64,000 bases of DNA from a virus: positions 32,001 through 96,000 of IMG/VR virus record IMGVR_UViG_3300044716_000883; one strand, 5' to 3'. A program made the translations under genes and the position numbers. The notes beneath the pieces are model-generated. The model saw only the letters and a program-made list of their open reading frames with translations. It made no database searches and was not told where the DNA came from. Shown piece by piece: positions 55,757-64,000 of this stretch. The first letter of the stretch is position 1; every line of letters starts with the position of its first letter.

Positions 55757-56512
55757 ATGATCAAGTTATTAGATTTAATTAAGGAAATACAAGGTAAACC
55801 AAAAGCCATATTCCTAGCGGGTCCCGCTGGTTCTGGTAAAACGTTTACTTCTGCTCAAATAATACCGAAAAAACTAACGGTAGTTAATGTCGATGACACT
55901 TACGAAGAATTATTGAAAGCAGCAGGTTTAGGCACTAAAATCGCAGATTTCACGCAGGATCAATTGTCGCAAGCGGCTAAATTAATGGGTCAAGCTCAAA
56001 AGCAAACTAAGGAAAAATATGCACAATTAACTGGGGATAAACAAGACATTATTGTTGATGGTACAGGTGCAGCTAGTAAGCCTTTATTAAAGAAAAAACA
56101 AGAATTAGAAGCGTTAGGATACGATACAATGATGGTCATGATTTGGGTTTCACCTTACACATCATTAGAACGTAATGCTAGTCGCGATCGTGCATTGCAA
56201 CCATCTATTGTTTTAAGAACATGGGTTGGTGTAAATCAAAATATTGATACATACAGACAAGTATTTGGTGATAATTTTATTTTAATTAACAATGATCCAA
56301 ATGGTAAATTAGAATATGATCCTGCTTACGCTAAAGAGAAATTCTTTAAAACAGTTAAAGGTAGCGGTAAAGTTTATACACCAGATGAGAAAGCTAAACG
56401 TGATAAAGAAATAGCAGACTTAAATGCTAATCTACAACAACTAATACAATCAACACCAGAATTTACATCTATGGGTGATGCTAAATCTAAAATAAATAAT
56501 TTTATAAAGTAA
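55757..56512 (+). CDS. zeta-toxin/AAA_33-like P-loop kinase with MIKLLDLIKE leader
   Basis: FLAGPAGSGKT; VNVDD; IIVDGTG; SLERNASR. Confidence 0.8.
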   Translation: MIKLLDLIKEIQGKPKAIFLAGPAGSGKTFTSAQIIPKKLTVVNVDDTYEELLKAAGLGTKIADFTQDQLSQAAKLMGQAQKQTKEKYAQLTGDKQDIIVDGTGAASKPLLKKKQELEALGYDTMMVMIWVSPYTSLERNASRDRALQPSIVLRTWVGVNQNIDTYRQVFGDNFILINNDPNGKLEYDPAYAKEKFFKTVKGSGKVYTPDEKAKRDKEIADLNANLQQLIQSTPEFTSMGDAKSKINNFIK

Positions 56513-57450
56513 TGAATTTAGGACAATATCTAGTACAACAACTGTTAGAAGCAGAACAAACAACAATTGCTTTGTTTCCTGGTGCTTTTAAACCACCACA
56601 TAAAGGTCACTTTGCTGTAGTTAAAAAATTATTAGAAAATGCTGATCAAGTAACTGTACTAATATCACCTAAAACACGTGAAGGTATTACTGCAGATGAA
56701 AGTGTTGCTGTATGGGAATTATATAAAACATTATTAGATGGTTCTGTTGAAATAAGAGTTGCAGCAGAAAATCCAGTTAGAGAAACATACGACGTAATTA
56801 AAAACAATCCTGATACTAATTTTATAGTAGCATTCGGTAAAAACGATGCTGACAGATTTAAACAAATGGGTAAAAACCCAAATGCAAAAGTATTTGATGC
56901 TGGTAATTTTGATGGTGCAAACGCAACTGGATTAAGAGCAGCATTATTAGCTAATAATGAAGACGCAATTAAAGAATACCTCCCAGAAGGTATTGATATA
57001 GCTGATTTCTTAATGGCTTTAAGTAAAACTAAAAAAGAGGAACCGCCAGTAGAAGAACCTGAAGCTGCTCCTTTAAAAGAAAGTAAGTTAAACGAAAGCG
57101 AAACTGCAACCATTGAAGAATTTATAAAATATGCTATTAAAAACTTGGGAATTCAAAATCCCCCCCGTAACTTATCCTTATCATACGATACAAATAAAGC
57201 AAAGGAAATGAGGAGTTTTGGATATTTTAGCCCAAATGATAATAAAATATGGGTTTATTGCGGAAATAGAAACATGGCTGACATTTTGAGAACGCTAGCG
57301 CATGAACTAGTACACCGCAAGCAAGATGAGGATGGAAGAATAAGCTACGAAAGTGGCAAAACTGGAAGCGACATTGAAAATGAAGCAAACGCTAAAGCGG
57401 GAGTATTACTACGCGACTTTGGCAAACAACATGAGGAAATTTATCAATAG
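56512..57450 (+). CDS. HIGH-type nucleotidyltransferase fused to HExxH metallopeptidase-like domain
   Basis: LFPGAFKPPHKGH; linker LKESKLNESE; DILRTLAHELVHRKQ. Confidence 0.8.
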   Translation: MNLGQYLVQQLLEAEQTTIALFPGAFKPPHKGHFAVVKKLLENADQVTVLISPKTREGITADESVAVWELYKTLLDGSVEIRVAAENPVRETYDVIKNNPDTNFIVAFGKNDADRFKQMGKNPNAKVFDAGNFDGANATGLRAALLANNEDAIKEYLPEGIDIADFLMALSKTKKEEPPVEEPEAAPLKESKLNESETATIEEFIKYAIKNLGIQNPPRNLSLSYDTNKAKEMRSFGYFSPNDNKIWVYCGNRNMADILRTLAHELVHRKQDEDGRISYESGKTGSDIENEANAKAGVLLRDFGKQHEEIYQ

Positions 57451-57452
57451 TT

Positions 57453-57920
57453 ATGTATACAATTTACTGTGACATGGACGGTGTCCTTGTCGATTTTGAA
57501 AAAGGTTATTATGACGCCACAGGCGCTCATACAAAACAATTTGCTAAAGGCGATAACAATTTTTGGGAGCCTATAGACGCTAAAGGTCCATCTTTTTGGG
57601 CTAATTTACCCTGGATGCCTGATGGGCAAGAATTATGGCGTTATATTAAAAAATATAAGCCAAATATTTTATCCTCTCCATCACGTAGTTCAACATCTAA
57701 AGTAGGTAAAGAAGCATGGTTAAAAATGCATCTACAAAACAGCTACAAAAAAGCATATTTCTACCCAAGAAATCAAAAACAATTATTCTCAGATGTAAAT
57801 AGAATATTGATTGATGATTTACCAAATACCATTGAAGAATGGAATGCTAAAGGAGGTACAGGTATATTACACACCTCAGCAGCCAATACAATAAAGGAAC
57901 TTAAAAAATTAGGGTTATAA
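57453..57920 (+). CDS. HAD-family 5'(3')-deoxyribonucleotidase-like phosphatase
   Basis: IYCDMDGVLVDF; LPWMPDG; ILIDD...EWNAKGG. Confidence 0.88.
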   Translation: MYTIYCDMDGVLVDFEKGYYDATGAHTKQFAKGDNNFWEPIDAKGPSFWANLPWMPDGQELWRYIKKYKPNILSSPSRSSTSKVGKEAWLKMHLQNSYKKAYFYPRNQKQLFSDVNRILIDDLPNTIEEWNAKGGTGILHTSAANTIKELKKLGL

Positions 57921-58504
57921 TGGAAGAATCAAAACTACAACGGGAGTTTAATCAACGCGACGTTCAACGTATGCGTAATATCATTACTAAAGATTATAAC
58001 GCTAAAACCACTACTCAAATTGGTTATTCTAAATCTCAAACAGAACATAAAGAAGGTGATGTTTGGGAAGAAGGTGGTAAACAATGGACTTTAAAAAATG
58101 GTATTAAACAAACCATAACTCGTTTTGATGAATTAAAAAAAGTAATATCGTTACCATTAGCATGTCCTAAATGCAGTAAGGCTATGCAGTCAACTACGTT
58201 GAATAAAAAGATGTGGCCTATACATAAAATGTGTTTTGATTGCGTTGTTAAAATGGAAACTGACCTAAAACGTACAGGGAAATATGAAGAATATGCACGT
58301 AATATAGTTAATCGTGGCGCTACAACATACATTAAAGATTTAGAAGACGCTTTACTAGAATTAGCATTATACGAAGACAACGAAAGTTTTGTAACTGAAG
58401 CGGGAGATGTTGAAAAATGGACTGGTAAAGGTATAAATAAAGAGAAACTCACCCAAGATATACAGGAACACATACAAGAAATCAAGGATCAAATTAAAGA
58501 TTAA
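57920..58504 (+). CDS. hypothetical protein with zinc finger
   Basis: CPKC...CFDC. Confidence 0.65.
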   Translation: MEESKLQREFNQRDVQRMRNIITKDYNAKTTTQIGYSKSQTEHKEGDVWEEGGKQWTLKNGIKQTITRFDELKKVISLPLACPKCSKAMQSTTLNKKMWPIHKMCFDCVVKMETDLKRTGKYEEYARNIVNRGATTYIKDLEDALLELALYEDNESFVTEAGDVEKWTGKGINKEKLTQDIQEHIQEIKDQIKD

Positions 58505-58538
58505 TATTTATAGCCATAAACTACTATAAATTTCTTTA

Positions 58539-58817
58539 ATGGAGAATATATATTCCGTTGTTATTACAGCAATTACCGTATTAGGAGGCACAACAGCGTT
58601 TCGTTTTTATGAAAAACGCGCTATGCGTAAAGAACGTGATGATGAATTTATCCGTCATGACTGCAAAGACCGCATCACAAAATTAGAAGCATTATTAGAA
58701 AGATCATCTCGAGAAAAAGATGAGATGCGCCAACAGATTTTAGATTTAGTATCTGAGGTTGCTTCATTACGTACCGAAATTAAATACCTAACCGATAGAC
58801 GCACTGGAGGCATATGA
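58539..58817 (+). CDS. single-TM coiled-coil protein
   Basis: VVITAITVLGG helix then heptads. Confidence 0.6.
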   Translation: MENIYSVVITAITVLGGTTAFRFYEKRAMRKERDDEFIRHDCKDRITKLEALLERSSREKDEMRQQILDLVSEVASLRTEIKYLTDRRTGGI

Positions 58818-59044
58818 TAAAGCTATCAGAACTTATCCTTAAAGAAGGACCAGCCGAATACCCATCAAATCACAAACCAGGAATGCGCGTAACTAAAGGC
58901 GGTTCAATGTGTGCTAATTGTGAATATCATGAAGATGAAGGTAATTTATGTAATAACAAATATTGGTTAAAATGGCACGATGGTGATGCAAATATTCCTT
59001 ACCCTGCTAATGAATATTGTTGCAACTGGTGGCATGAAGAATAA
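58814..59044 (+). CDS. small Cys-rich protein (HiPIP-like spacing) with MIKLSELILKE leader
   Basis: CANC...C...CCNWW. Confidence 0.55.
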   Translation: MIKLSELILKEGPAEYPSNHKPGMRVTKGGSMCANCEYHEDEGNLCNNKYWLKWHDGDANIPYPANEYCCNWWHEE

Positions 59045-59047
59045 ATT

Positions 59048-59698
59048 ATGATATACTACTCAGAATATGATTTAGTCTTTATTACTATTCTTAAGAATGG
59101 TACTAATGCCTTTGAAAAACTATTTACATATGTTATGGGTAAAGAGCCTGAACCATTATTTTTTACAAGGCAACCAACAATTCATATGACTGTTGTTAGA
59201 AATCCATATGAAAGATTATTAACACAGTTTTATCACGCAAATAGACAACAACTTTGGAAAGAATTTAAGTATACGGTACACCACCCTTTTTTTAGAAAGT
59301 GGGTTAAAGAAACCTATAGTAATGGTTATAATGGAGAGGATGGCCATTTATATACTCAATCCCAATTTTTACAATTTGCTGAAATTCAAATGGAATATAA
59401 AGTATTTAAAACAGAAGAATTTTCTGCACATGAATTATTCTTTTTTTTAAATTTAACAGAAGAACGTAAGGCTGAAATAGATAACGAATATTCAAAAATA
59501 ATAATTGAGTTAGAAACAAGCGCTCATCATGCTACTAATAGTATAAAACAAGGAGTCTGGCAGAGTTTTTATGATGCTGAAACTATTAAGATATGTAACA
59601 ATCATTATGCAGACGATTTTAAAGCATTTAACTACGAAATTATTAAACCTGAGGAATTTAAACCTATATATTTTGAATATAAAACTACCCTGATTTAG
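59048..59698 (+). CDS. sulfotransferase family 2 protein
   Basis: FITILKNGT; TVVRNPYERL; DGHL.TQ; YADDF..FNY. Confidence 0.75.
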   Translation: MIYYSEYDLVFITILKNGTNAFEKLFTYVMGKEPEPLFFTRQPTIHMTVVRNPYERLLTQFYHANRQQLWKEFKYTVHHPFFRKWVKETYSNGYNGEDGHLYTQSQFLQFAEIQMEYKVFKTEEFSAHELFFFLNLTEERKAEIDNEYSKIIIELETSAHHATNSIKQGVWQSFYDAETIKICNNHYADDFKAFNYEIIKPEEFKPIYFEYKTTLI

Positions 59699-59714
59699 TT
59701 AAATATTTATTATT

Positions 59715-60125
59715 ATGATCAAATTAACAGAAATATTAGACGAAATACTAACCGAAAAACTTTGCAAAAAGGGTAGGGCTTACTATAATCGTCGTAGAGC
59801 TGCTGGTGAAAAACCATCAGCTTACCTTTCTGGTCGTGCTGTTAAAGTGTGTAAGGGTTTAATGGAAGAAGATGATTTAGATATGCACGAATCGCTTCGT
59901 GATTGGTTTAAAAAAGAAGATTGGGTTCGTATTGATACAGCAGGCAACATAACTGGACCTTGTGGTACAATGAAAAAAGGTAATAAAACGACTCGTTGTT
60001 TACCTCGTGCTAAAGCAAACAGCTTATCTAAAGCTGAACGCGCTGCTACATCAAAGAAAAAAGCAGCATCTGATAAGCAATTTGTACCTAATACTAAAAA
60101 AGCAAAAGTAAAACTTAATAAGTAA
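59715..60125 (+). CDS. conserved basic phage protein with MIKLTEILDE leader
   Basis: PSAYLSG..VK; LRDWFKKEDWV; CLPRAKA..LS. Confidence 0.65.
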   Translation: MIKLTEILDEILTEKLCKKGRAYYNRRRAAGEKPSAYLSGRAVKVCKGLMEEDDLDMHESLRDWFKKEDWVRIDTAGNITGPCGTMKKGNKTTRCLPRAKANSLSKAERAATSKKKAASDKQFVPNTKKAKVKLNK

Positions 60126-60129
60126 ACTA

Positions 60130-60666
60130 ATGAAAATATCAGAATTAAGACAATTAATTAAAGAAACCGTTGAAGAAGCATTCTTCATTGGTGAAGATGA
60201 TATCGATAATGTAGAGTGTAAAAAGTGTGGATGGAAATGGAAATTATCAAATGGTGGTGAAAATCCATATCTTTGCCACAAATGCGATTATGATAATAGT
60301 TATGCTTACAACGATAGTATAGACGAATACGACGTAGAAAATGCAGACGATATAAAAGAATTTGTTGAATTCATGCGTGAATATACACAGCAACTAAACG
60401 AAGCTGATTGTGACTGCCTATTAGAAGCTAAATATCAGGGCCGTACAGTGCCATTAGGTAAACCAATGCGCGGTGATTCTAAAAAATTCAAAGTATACGT
60501 TAAAAACCCTAAAACTGGCAAAGTAGTTAAAGTTAACTTCGGTGCTAAGGGAATGAATATTAAGAAAAACAACCCAGTAAGACGTAGAGCATTCAGGGCA
60601 AGACATAACTGCTCAAATCCAGGACCACGTACTAAAGCTAGATACTGGTCATGTAGAAAATGGTAG
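60130..60666 (+). CDS. conserved phage protein with LIKE leader
   Basis: EAKYQGRTV.LGKP; KKFKVYVKNP..VKVNFG; RARHNC..ARYWSC. Confidence 0.7.
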   Translation: MKISELRQLIKETVEEAFFIGEDDIDNVECKKCGWKWKLSNGGENPYLCHKCDYDNSYAYNDSIDEYDVENADDIKEFVEFMREYTQQLNEADCDCLLEAKYQGRTVPLGKPMRGDSKKFKVYVKNPKTGKVVKVNFGAKGMNIKKNNPVRRRAFRARHNCSNPGPRTKARYWSCRKW

Positions 60667-60705
60667 TTCAAATTTTAACATATTTATACATATAAACACA
60701 ACAAA

Positions 60706-61548
60706 ATGAATATTACAGAAGTACGTAACGTCATCAAACAAGTTATTGCTGAAGCAATGAGTAAAGAAGGTGGCTTACCTAAAAGCGGTGGAAAATTAGT
60801 ACACCTTAAGAAAGAATTAGCTAGCTTAAAGAACATGAGAGAATCTTTAGGTCAATTACAAATCGCTGAAGGCGGTGAGCAATCATTCGTAGCTGAATAT
60901 GCACATATGCAAAAATTCGTTAACGAATTAGAAAAAATCAAAACTGCTCATGCTAAATTAGCTGAAATGTTAGACAATCAAATTTCTGAAGTTGAAGGTA
61001 AAGTTTCATCTGAGACTGAAAAGATCAAAGAAATGGTTGGTTTAATCGAAAAAGCACCTAAAGCTCCTAAGAAAGACGCTAAGAAAGCTCCTGCTAAAAA
61101 AGACGATAAAAAAGCAGAACCTAAAAAAGCTGAAAAGAAAGAAGAGCCTAAGGCTGACGACTCAAAAAAAAAAGCTAAAAAATTAGACGAAGCATCTTTC
61201 TCAAGTACTGATGTTAATGCTATTTTAAAAGCTGCTAGAGCTGCTGTTGAAGCAGGTAAAGAGGTAACTGTTGATGGTATTAAAATAGGAAAGGTAGTAT
61301 CTGGATTAGGAAGATTTATTCCTGCTGATGGTAGTCAATCTTTAAAAATTATGGATTACGTTGGTGAACCGGAAAAAATTGTAATTGATGGAGTACCTGC
61401 AGAATTAAAACCTTACGAACCAAAAAGCGAACCTCGAGTTGACACAAGGACTCCAGAAGAAAAAGCAAAAGCACAAGCTGCGTTTGATGACAGATATGGA
61501 CCAGGTGGAGGATACGATACAGCATTTGGAAGATACACAGGCGATTAA
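60706..61548 (+). CDS. putative internal head protein
   Basis: IKQVIAE leader; coiled coil; K/A/D-rich linker; LDE site. Confidence 0.55.
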   Translation: MNITEVRNVIKQVIAEAMSKEGGLPKSGGKLVHLKKELASLKNMRESLGQLQIAEGGEQSFVAEYAHMQKFVNELEKIKTAHAKLAEMLDNQISEVEGKVSSETEKIKEMVGLIEKAPKAPKKDAKKAPAKKDDKKAEPKKAEKKEEPKADDSKKKAKKLDEASFSSTDVNAILKAARAAVEAGKEVTVDGIKIGKVVSGLGRFIPADGSQSLKIMDYVGEPEKIVIDGVPAELKPYEPKSEPRVDTRTPEEKAKAQAAFDDRYGPGGGYDTAFGRYTGD

Positions 61549-61559
61549 TATAAATAAAA

Positions 61560-62000
61560 ATGATTAAATTACTTGACATATTAGCCGAACGCGATTTATC
61601 CGCTAAGGAAGAAAAAATAGTTAAAGCATTAAAGAAAACAGGGAAGTTTAAAAAGAACGACCCTGCTCTTTATGCTATTGCTGCTTCAAAAGCTGAAGGA
61701 TTAGATCCAGTAGGCAAAGAAGATGACGACATCAACAACGATGGTAAGGTAGATAAGACAGATAAATACTTAGCTAATCGTCGTAAAGCAGTAGCTGCTA
61801 ATATTAAAGAAGGTGATCATGAAGTATCTATGGCTGTATCTAGTCTAGAAGCAATTGCAGAAGCAATTATCGAATTAAGACAAAAACTTGGCAATACTGA
61901 ACGTAATATTCCAGGATGGATTCAAGACCACATTGCTAAAGCAGAAAACTACATTGAGCAAGCAGCTCAAGGTTTTCACGAACTAAAACATAATGGATAA
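61560..62000 (+). CDS. putative internal head protein with MIKLLDILAE leader
   Basis: GKEDDDINNDGKVDKTDKYL; EGDHEVSMA; IPGWIQDHI. Confidence 0.65.
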   Translation: MIKLLDILAERDLSAKEEKIVKALKKTGKFKKNDPALYAIAASKAEGLDPVGKEDDDINNDGKVDKTDKYLANRRKAVAANIKEGDHEVSMAVSSLEAIAEAIIELRQKLGNTERNIPGWIQDHIAKAENYIEQAAQGFHELKHNG

Positions 62001-62514
62001 AAAATTAATATTAGAAAAATACATTAAAGTAGCTGTTCGTAAAGCACTTCAAGAAGAAGAAGCTAGACAACAGAAAGCTACTAAAGCGATGTATCTAGTA
62101 TATCGTTTTCCTGGTTTAAAAAAAATAATGGAAGACTTAATGTCTCCATCTTTTGGTCGCTTCATCACAGATGTTGCTGTTGTAGCTCCAAAACCAACAA
62201 CATTCTCAGCTAAATTAATTAACGAACAAGATTTCGGAATTATATACAATGGTAAAGGTAAATTTACCGTTAAAGTAGCAGGTAAAAAATACAACGTCCA
62301 AAATTTAGGTGAATTAGAAAGAGCTCAACAAGCAATAGCTGATTTATTAGAATTAAACTACGCTATTGATGAAAAAGTAGCAGGCGGAGCTGAAGCTCCA
62401 GCTGCAGATGCAGGTGCTGAAGCATTTAGTGCAGCCGCAGCCGCTCCAGCAGGTGAAACACCAGCAGAAACTCCAGCAGAAGAAGAAACTCCTGAAGAAA
62501 CCCCAGCAGCATAA
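61993..62514 (+). CDS. hypothetical protein with acidic Pro/Ala tail
   Basis: ALQEE site; GETPAETPAEEETP tail. Confidence 0.6.
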   Translation: MDKKLILEKYIKVAVRKALQEEEARQQKATKAMYLVYRFPGLKKIMEDLMSPSFGRFITDVAVVAPKPTTFSAKLINEQDFGIIYNGKGKFTVKVAGKKYNVQNLGELERAQQAIADLLELNYAIDEKVAGGAEAPAADAGAEAFSAAAAAPAGETPAETPAEEETPEETPAA

Positions 62515-63650
62515 TGACAGTTATAGATAAAATATTACGTGAATGGTCATTTAGATGCCATGATGGGATTGTTGATATCAACGATCCTATTAAACTGTCT
62601 ATATTAAATGAAATACTTGGTTTTAATTTAGATGAAGTGAGACAACCATATGAATCTTTAACAGGAGCAGCTAAAGAAGAAGCTGATAAGTTAATTGAAT
62701 TATTTAACTTAACTAAAGACAATATTCAAAAACAGACCTCTAAAAGAATAATAATTTTATCTGATATACCTAGAAATGAAGTTTTTAAGAAATTACAAGA
62801 TTTAGGATATAAACAAGATAGAACTATTTCTGGCTCATCAGCAGGTGGATTTATAACACCAGAAGGTATAGAAATTATAGTTAAATCTGAGACATCTTCT
62901 AAAATAGGTGGCGCTGGAGTAGGTAATGAAAGATTTTTTGTAGATGCAATAAATAACCTTATTCAAGAAAGTGATGGTTCTGTTACTGTTACTATCAACG
63001 GTGGTGGTAAAACTTTAAAATATGCTAACATAACTGAAGCCAAACATGTTGGTAAAGAAGGTGAGAAAAAAGGATGGAAAGCAGATGCTTTATTAATAGC
63101 AGGAAATGAAACATATCCAATTTCTTTAAAAGAAGATGGTCCATTCCGTTGGGCTAGTGCTATGGGAGATCTTAAAGATCTTTACACAACACTACTTACT
63201 AAAGCTAGTAAAGATGAAATACCAAATCTTCAATTAAAAACAGACCCTGAAAATCCTAGGGTACTTCAGATGTATAATCCTAGAACAAATTCACCTTATG
63301 GTAGAATATTTGTAACAGATGTACCTCAATTAACTCAAGCAGAAAATATAAATAAAATTATTTTTGGAGCTGATAATGCTATTGTTGTACAGCGAACCTT
63401 TACTGAATCTGATTTTGCACTGACTGGAAATACTATAAATGTAACTGCTACTAAAATTATTACATCAATTGAAGATTTAAGTCCTGAAGATTATCCTATA
63501 GTAGAATTTGAACGTAATGCTTCAAAAGCAACTCAAACAAGTGGATTAACAGGTAGGGGTATTATAATAAGAATATCACCTAAAGGAAGAATGGATAAAG
63601 CAGGATCTAAAGCTAATAATTTAATATTAAACTATAACGATATAATGTAA
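62514..63650 (+). CDS. hypothetical protein, possible PD-(D/E)XK nuclease fold
   Basis: IDKILREW leader; GNE..F; KAD...ISLKE. Confidence 0.5.
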   Translation: MTVIDKILREWSFRCHDGIVDINDPIKLSILNEILGFNLDEVRQPYESLTGAAKEEADKLIELFNLTKDNIQKQTSKRIIILSDIPRNEVFKKLQDLGYKQDRTISGSSAGGFITPEGIEIIVKSETSSKIGGAGVGNERFFVDAINNLIQESDGSVTVTINGGGKTLKYANITEAKHVGKEGEKKGWKADALLIAGNETYPISLKEDGPFRWASAMGDLKDLYTTLLTKASKDEIPNLQLKTDPENPRVLQMYNPRTNSPYGRIFVTDVPQLTQAENINKIIFGADNAIVVQRTFTESDFALTGNTINVTATKIITSIEDLSPEDYPIVEFERNASKATQTSGLTGRGIIIRISPKGRMDKAGSKANNLILNYNDIM

Positions 63651-63653
63651 AAT

Positions 63654-63914
63654 ATGGAACAATTTAACCCATCAGACAAAATAACACTAGACGTACCTTT
63701 ATTTATCCGTCTATTAGAATATGCTCGCGAAGACGCTAAAACCGATATGGATTTACACAATGTAGCTGAAAAAGCAATCGTAGCAAGTGAAACTGGAAAG
63801 ACATTAACTATGGCTGACTATGATGGTTTAGTAGCGGGTAATAGTGAAGATCAAGAAATGAACGAAATAAAAAGAATGATTGAGTTAGCTAACATCAAGT
63901 CTTTCTTTAACTAA
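63654..63914 (+). CDS. conserved hypothetical phage protein
   Basis: ITLDVPLFIRLLEYAREDAKTDMDLH. Confidence 0.65.
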   Translation: MEQFNPSDKITLDVPLFIRLLEYAREDAKTDMDLHNVAEKAIVASETGKTLTMADYDGLVAGNSEDQEMNEIKRMIELANIKSFFN

Positions 63915-64000
63915 CATATAGACAGATTCACATTCTGTCGCATTAAATGATATTATATAGTTGTGGTGCACCTAAAAAGTGTGCCACCTTCTATTTTGAA

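Noticed and set aside
653-62722. Minus-strand ORFs in the track (e.g. 653-1003, 24912-25310, 30392-31030, 56646-57113, 58036-58485)
   Set aside because: All are antisense to well-supported + strand genes or RNAs, with no recognisable motifs or leaders

Overview
A 64 kb slice of a large, AT-rich, T4-like contractile-tailed (jumbo-type) bacteriophage genome. The host is probably a Bacteroidota bacterium: there are no Shine-Dalgarno sites, leaders are A-rich, some promoters fit TTTG-N19/20-TAnnTT, the tmRNA tag ends YALAA, and the window carries T9SS-CTD-like domains and a TonB-dependent transporter. Essentially all real genes are on the + strand and read in the standard code. Layout: (1) 1-1.3 kb tRNA/tmRNA cluster with an oversized tRNA-like RNA; (2) 1.35-11.2 kb operon of exported envelope proteins (cohesin/dockerin, C-type lectin, T9SS-CTD-like lipoproteins, CsgG-like, beta-barrels); (3) 11-29 kb array of small early-type genes, most preceded by one repeated promoter-like motif; (4) 29-32 kb junction with a GC-rich structured island, a G-quadruplex-like tract and a phage sigma factor; (5) 32.7-50 kb baseplate/tail module with a GH19 endolysin and an embedded glycosylation cassette beside a Thr/Ser mucin-like structural protein; (6) primase, exonuclease and a 1090-aa TonB-dependent transporter; (7) 55.7-64 kb cluster of proteins sharing an MIKLxxxLxE-type leader (candidate head-packaged cargo, including enzymes). 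All functional calls come from recognising motifs by eye; no database search or folding program was run.
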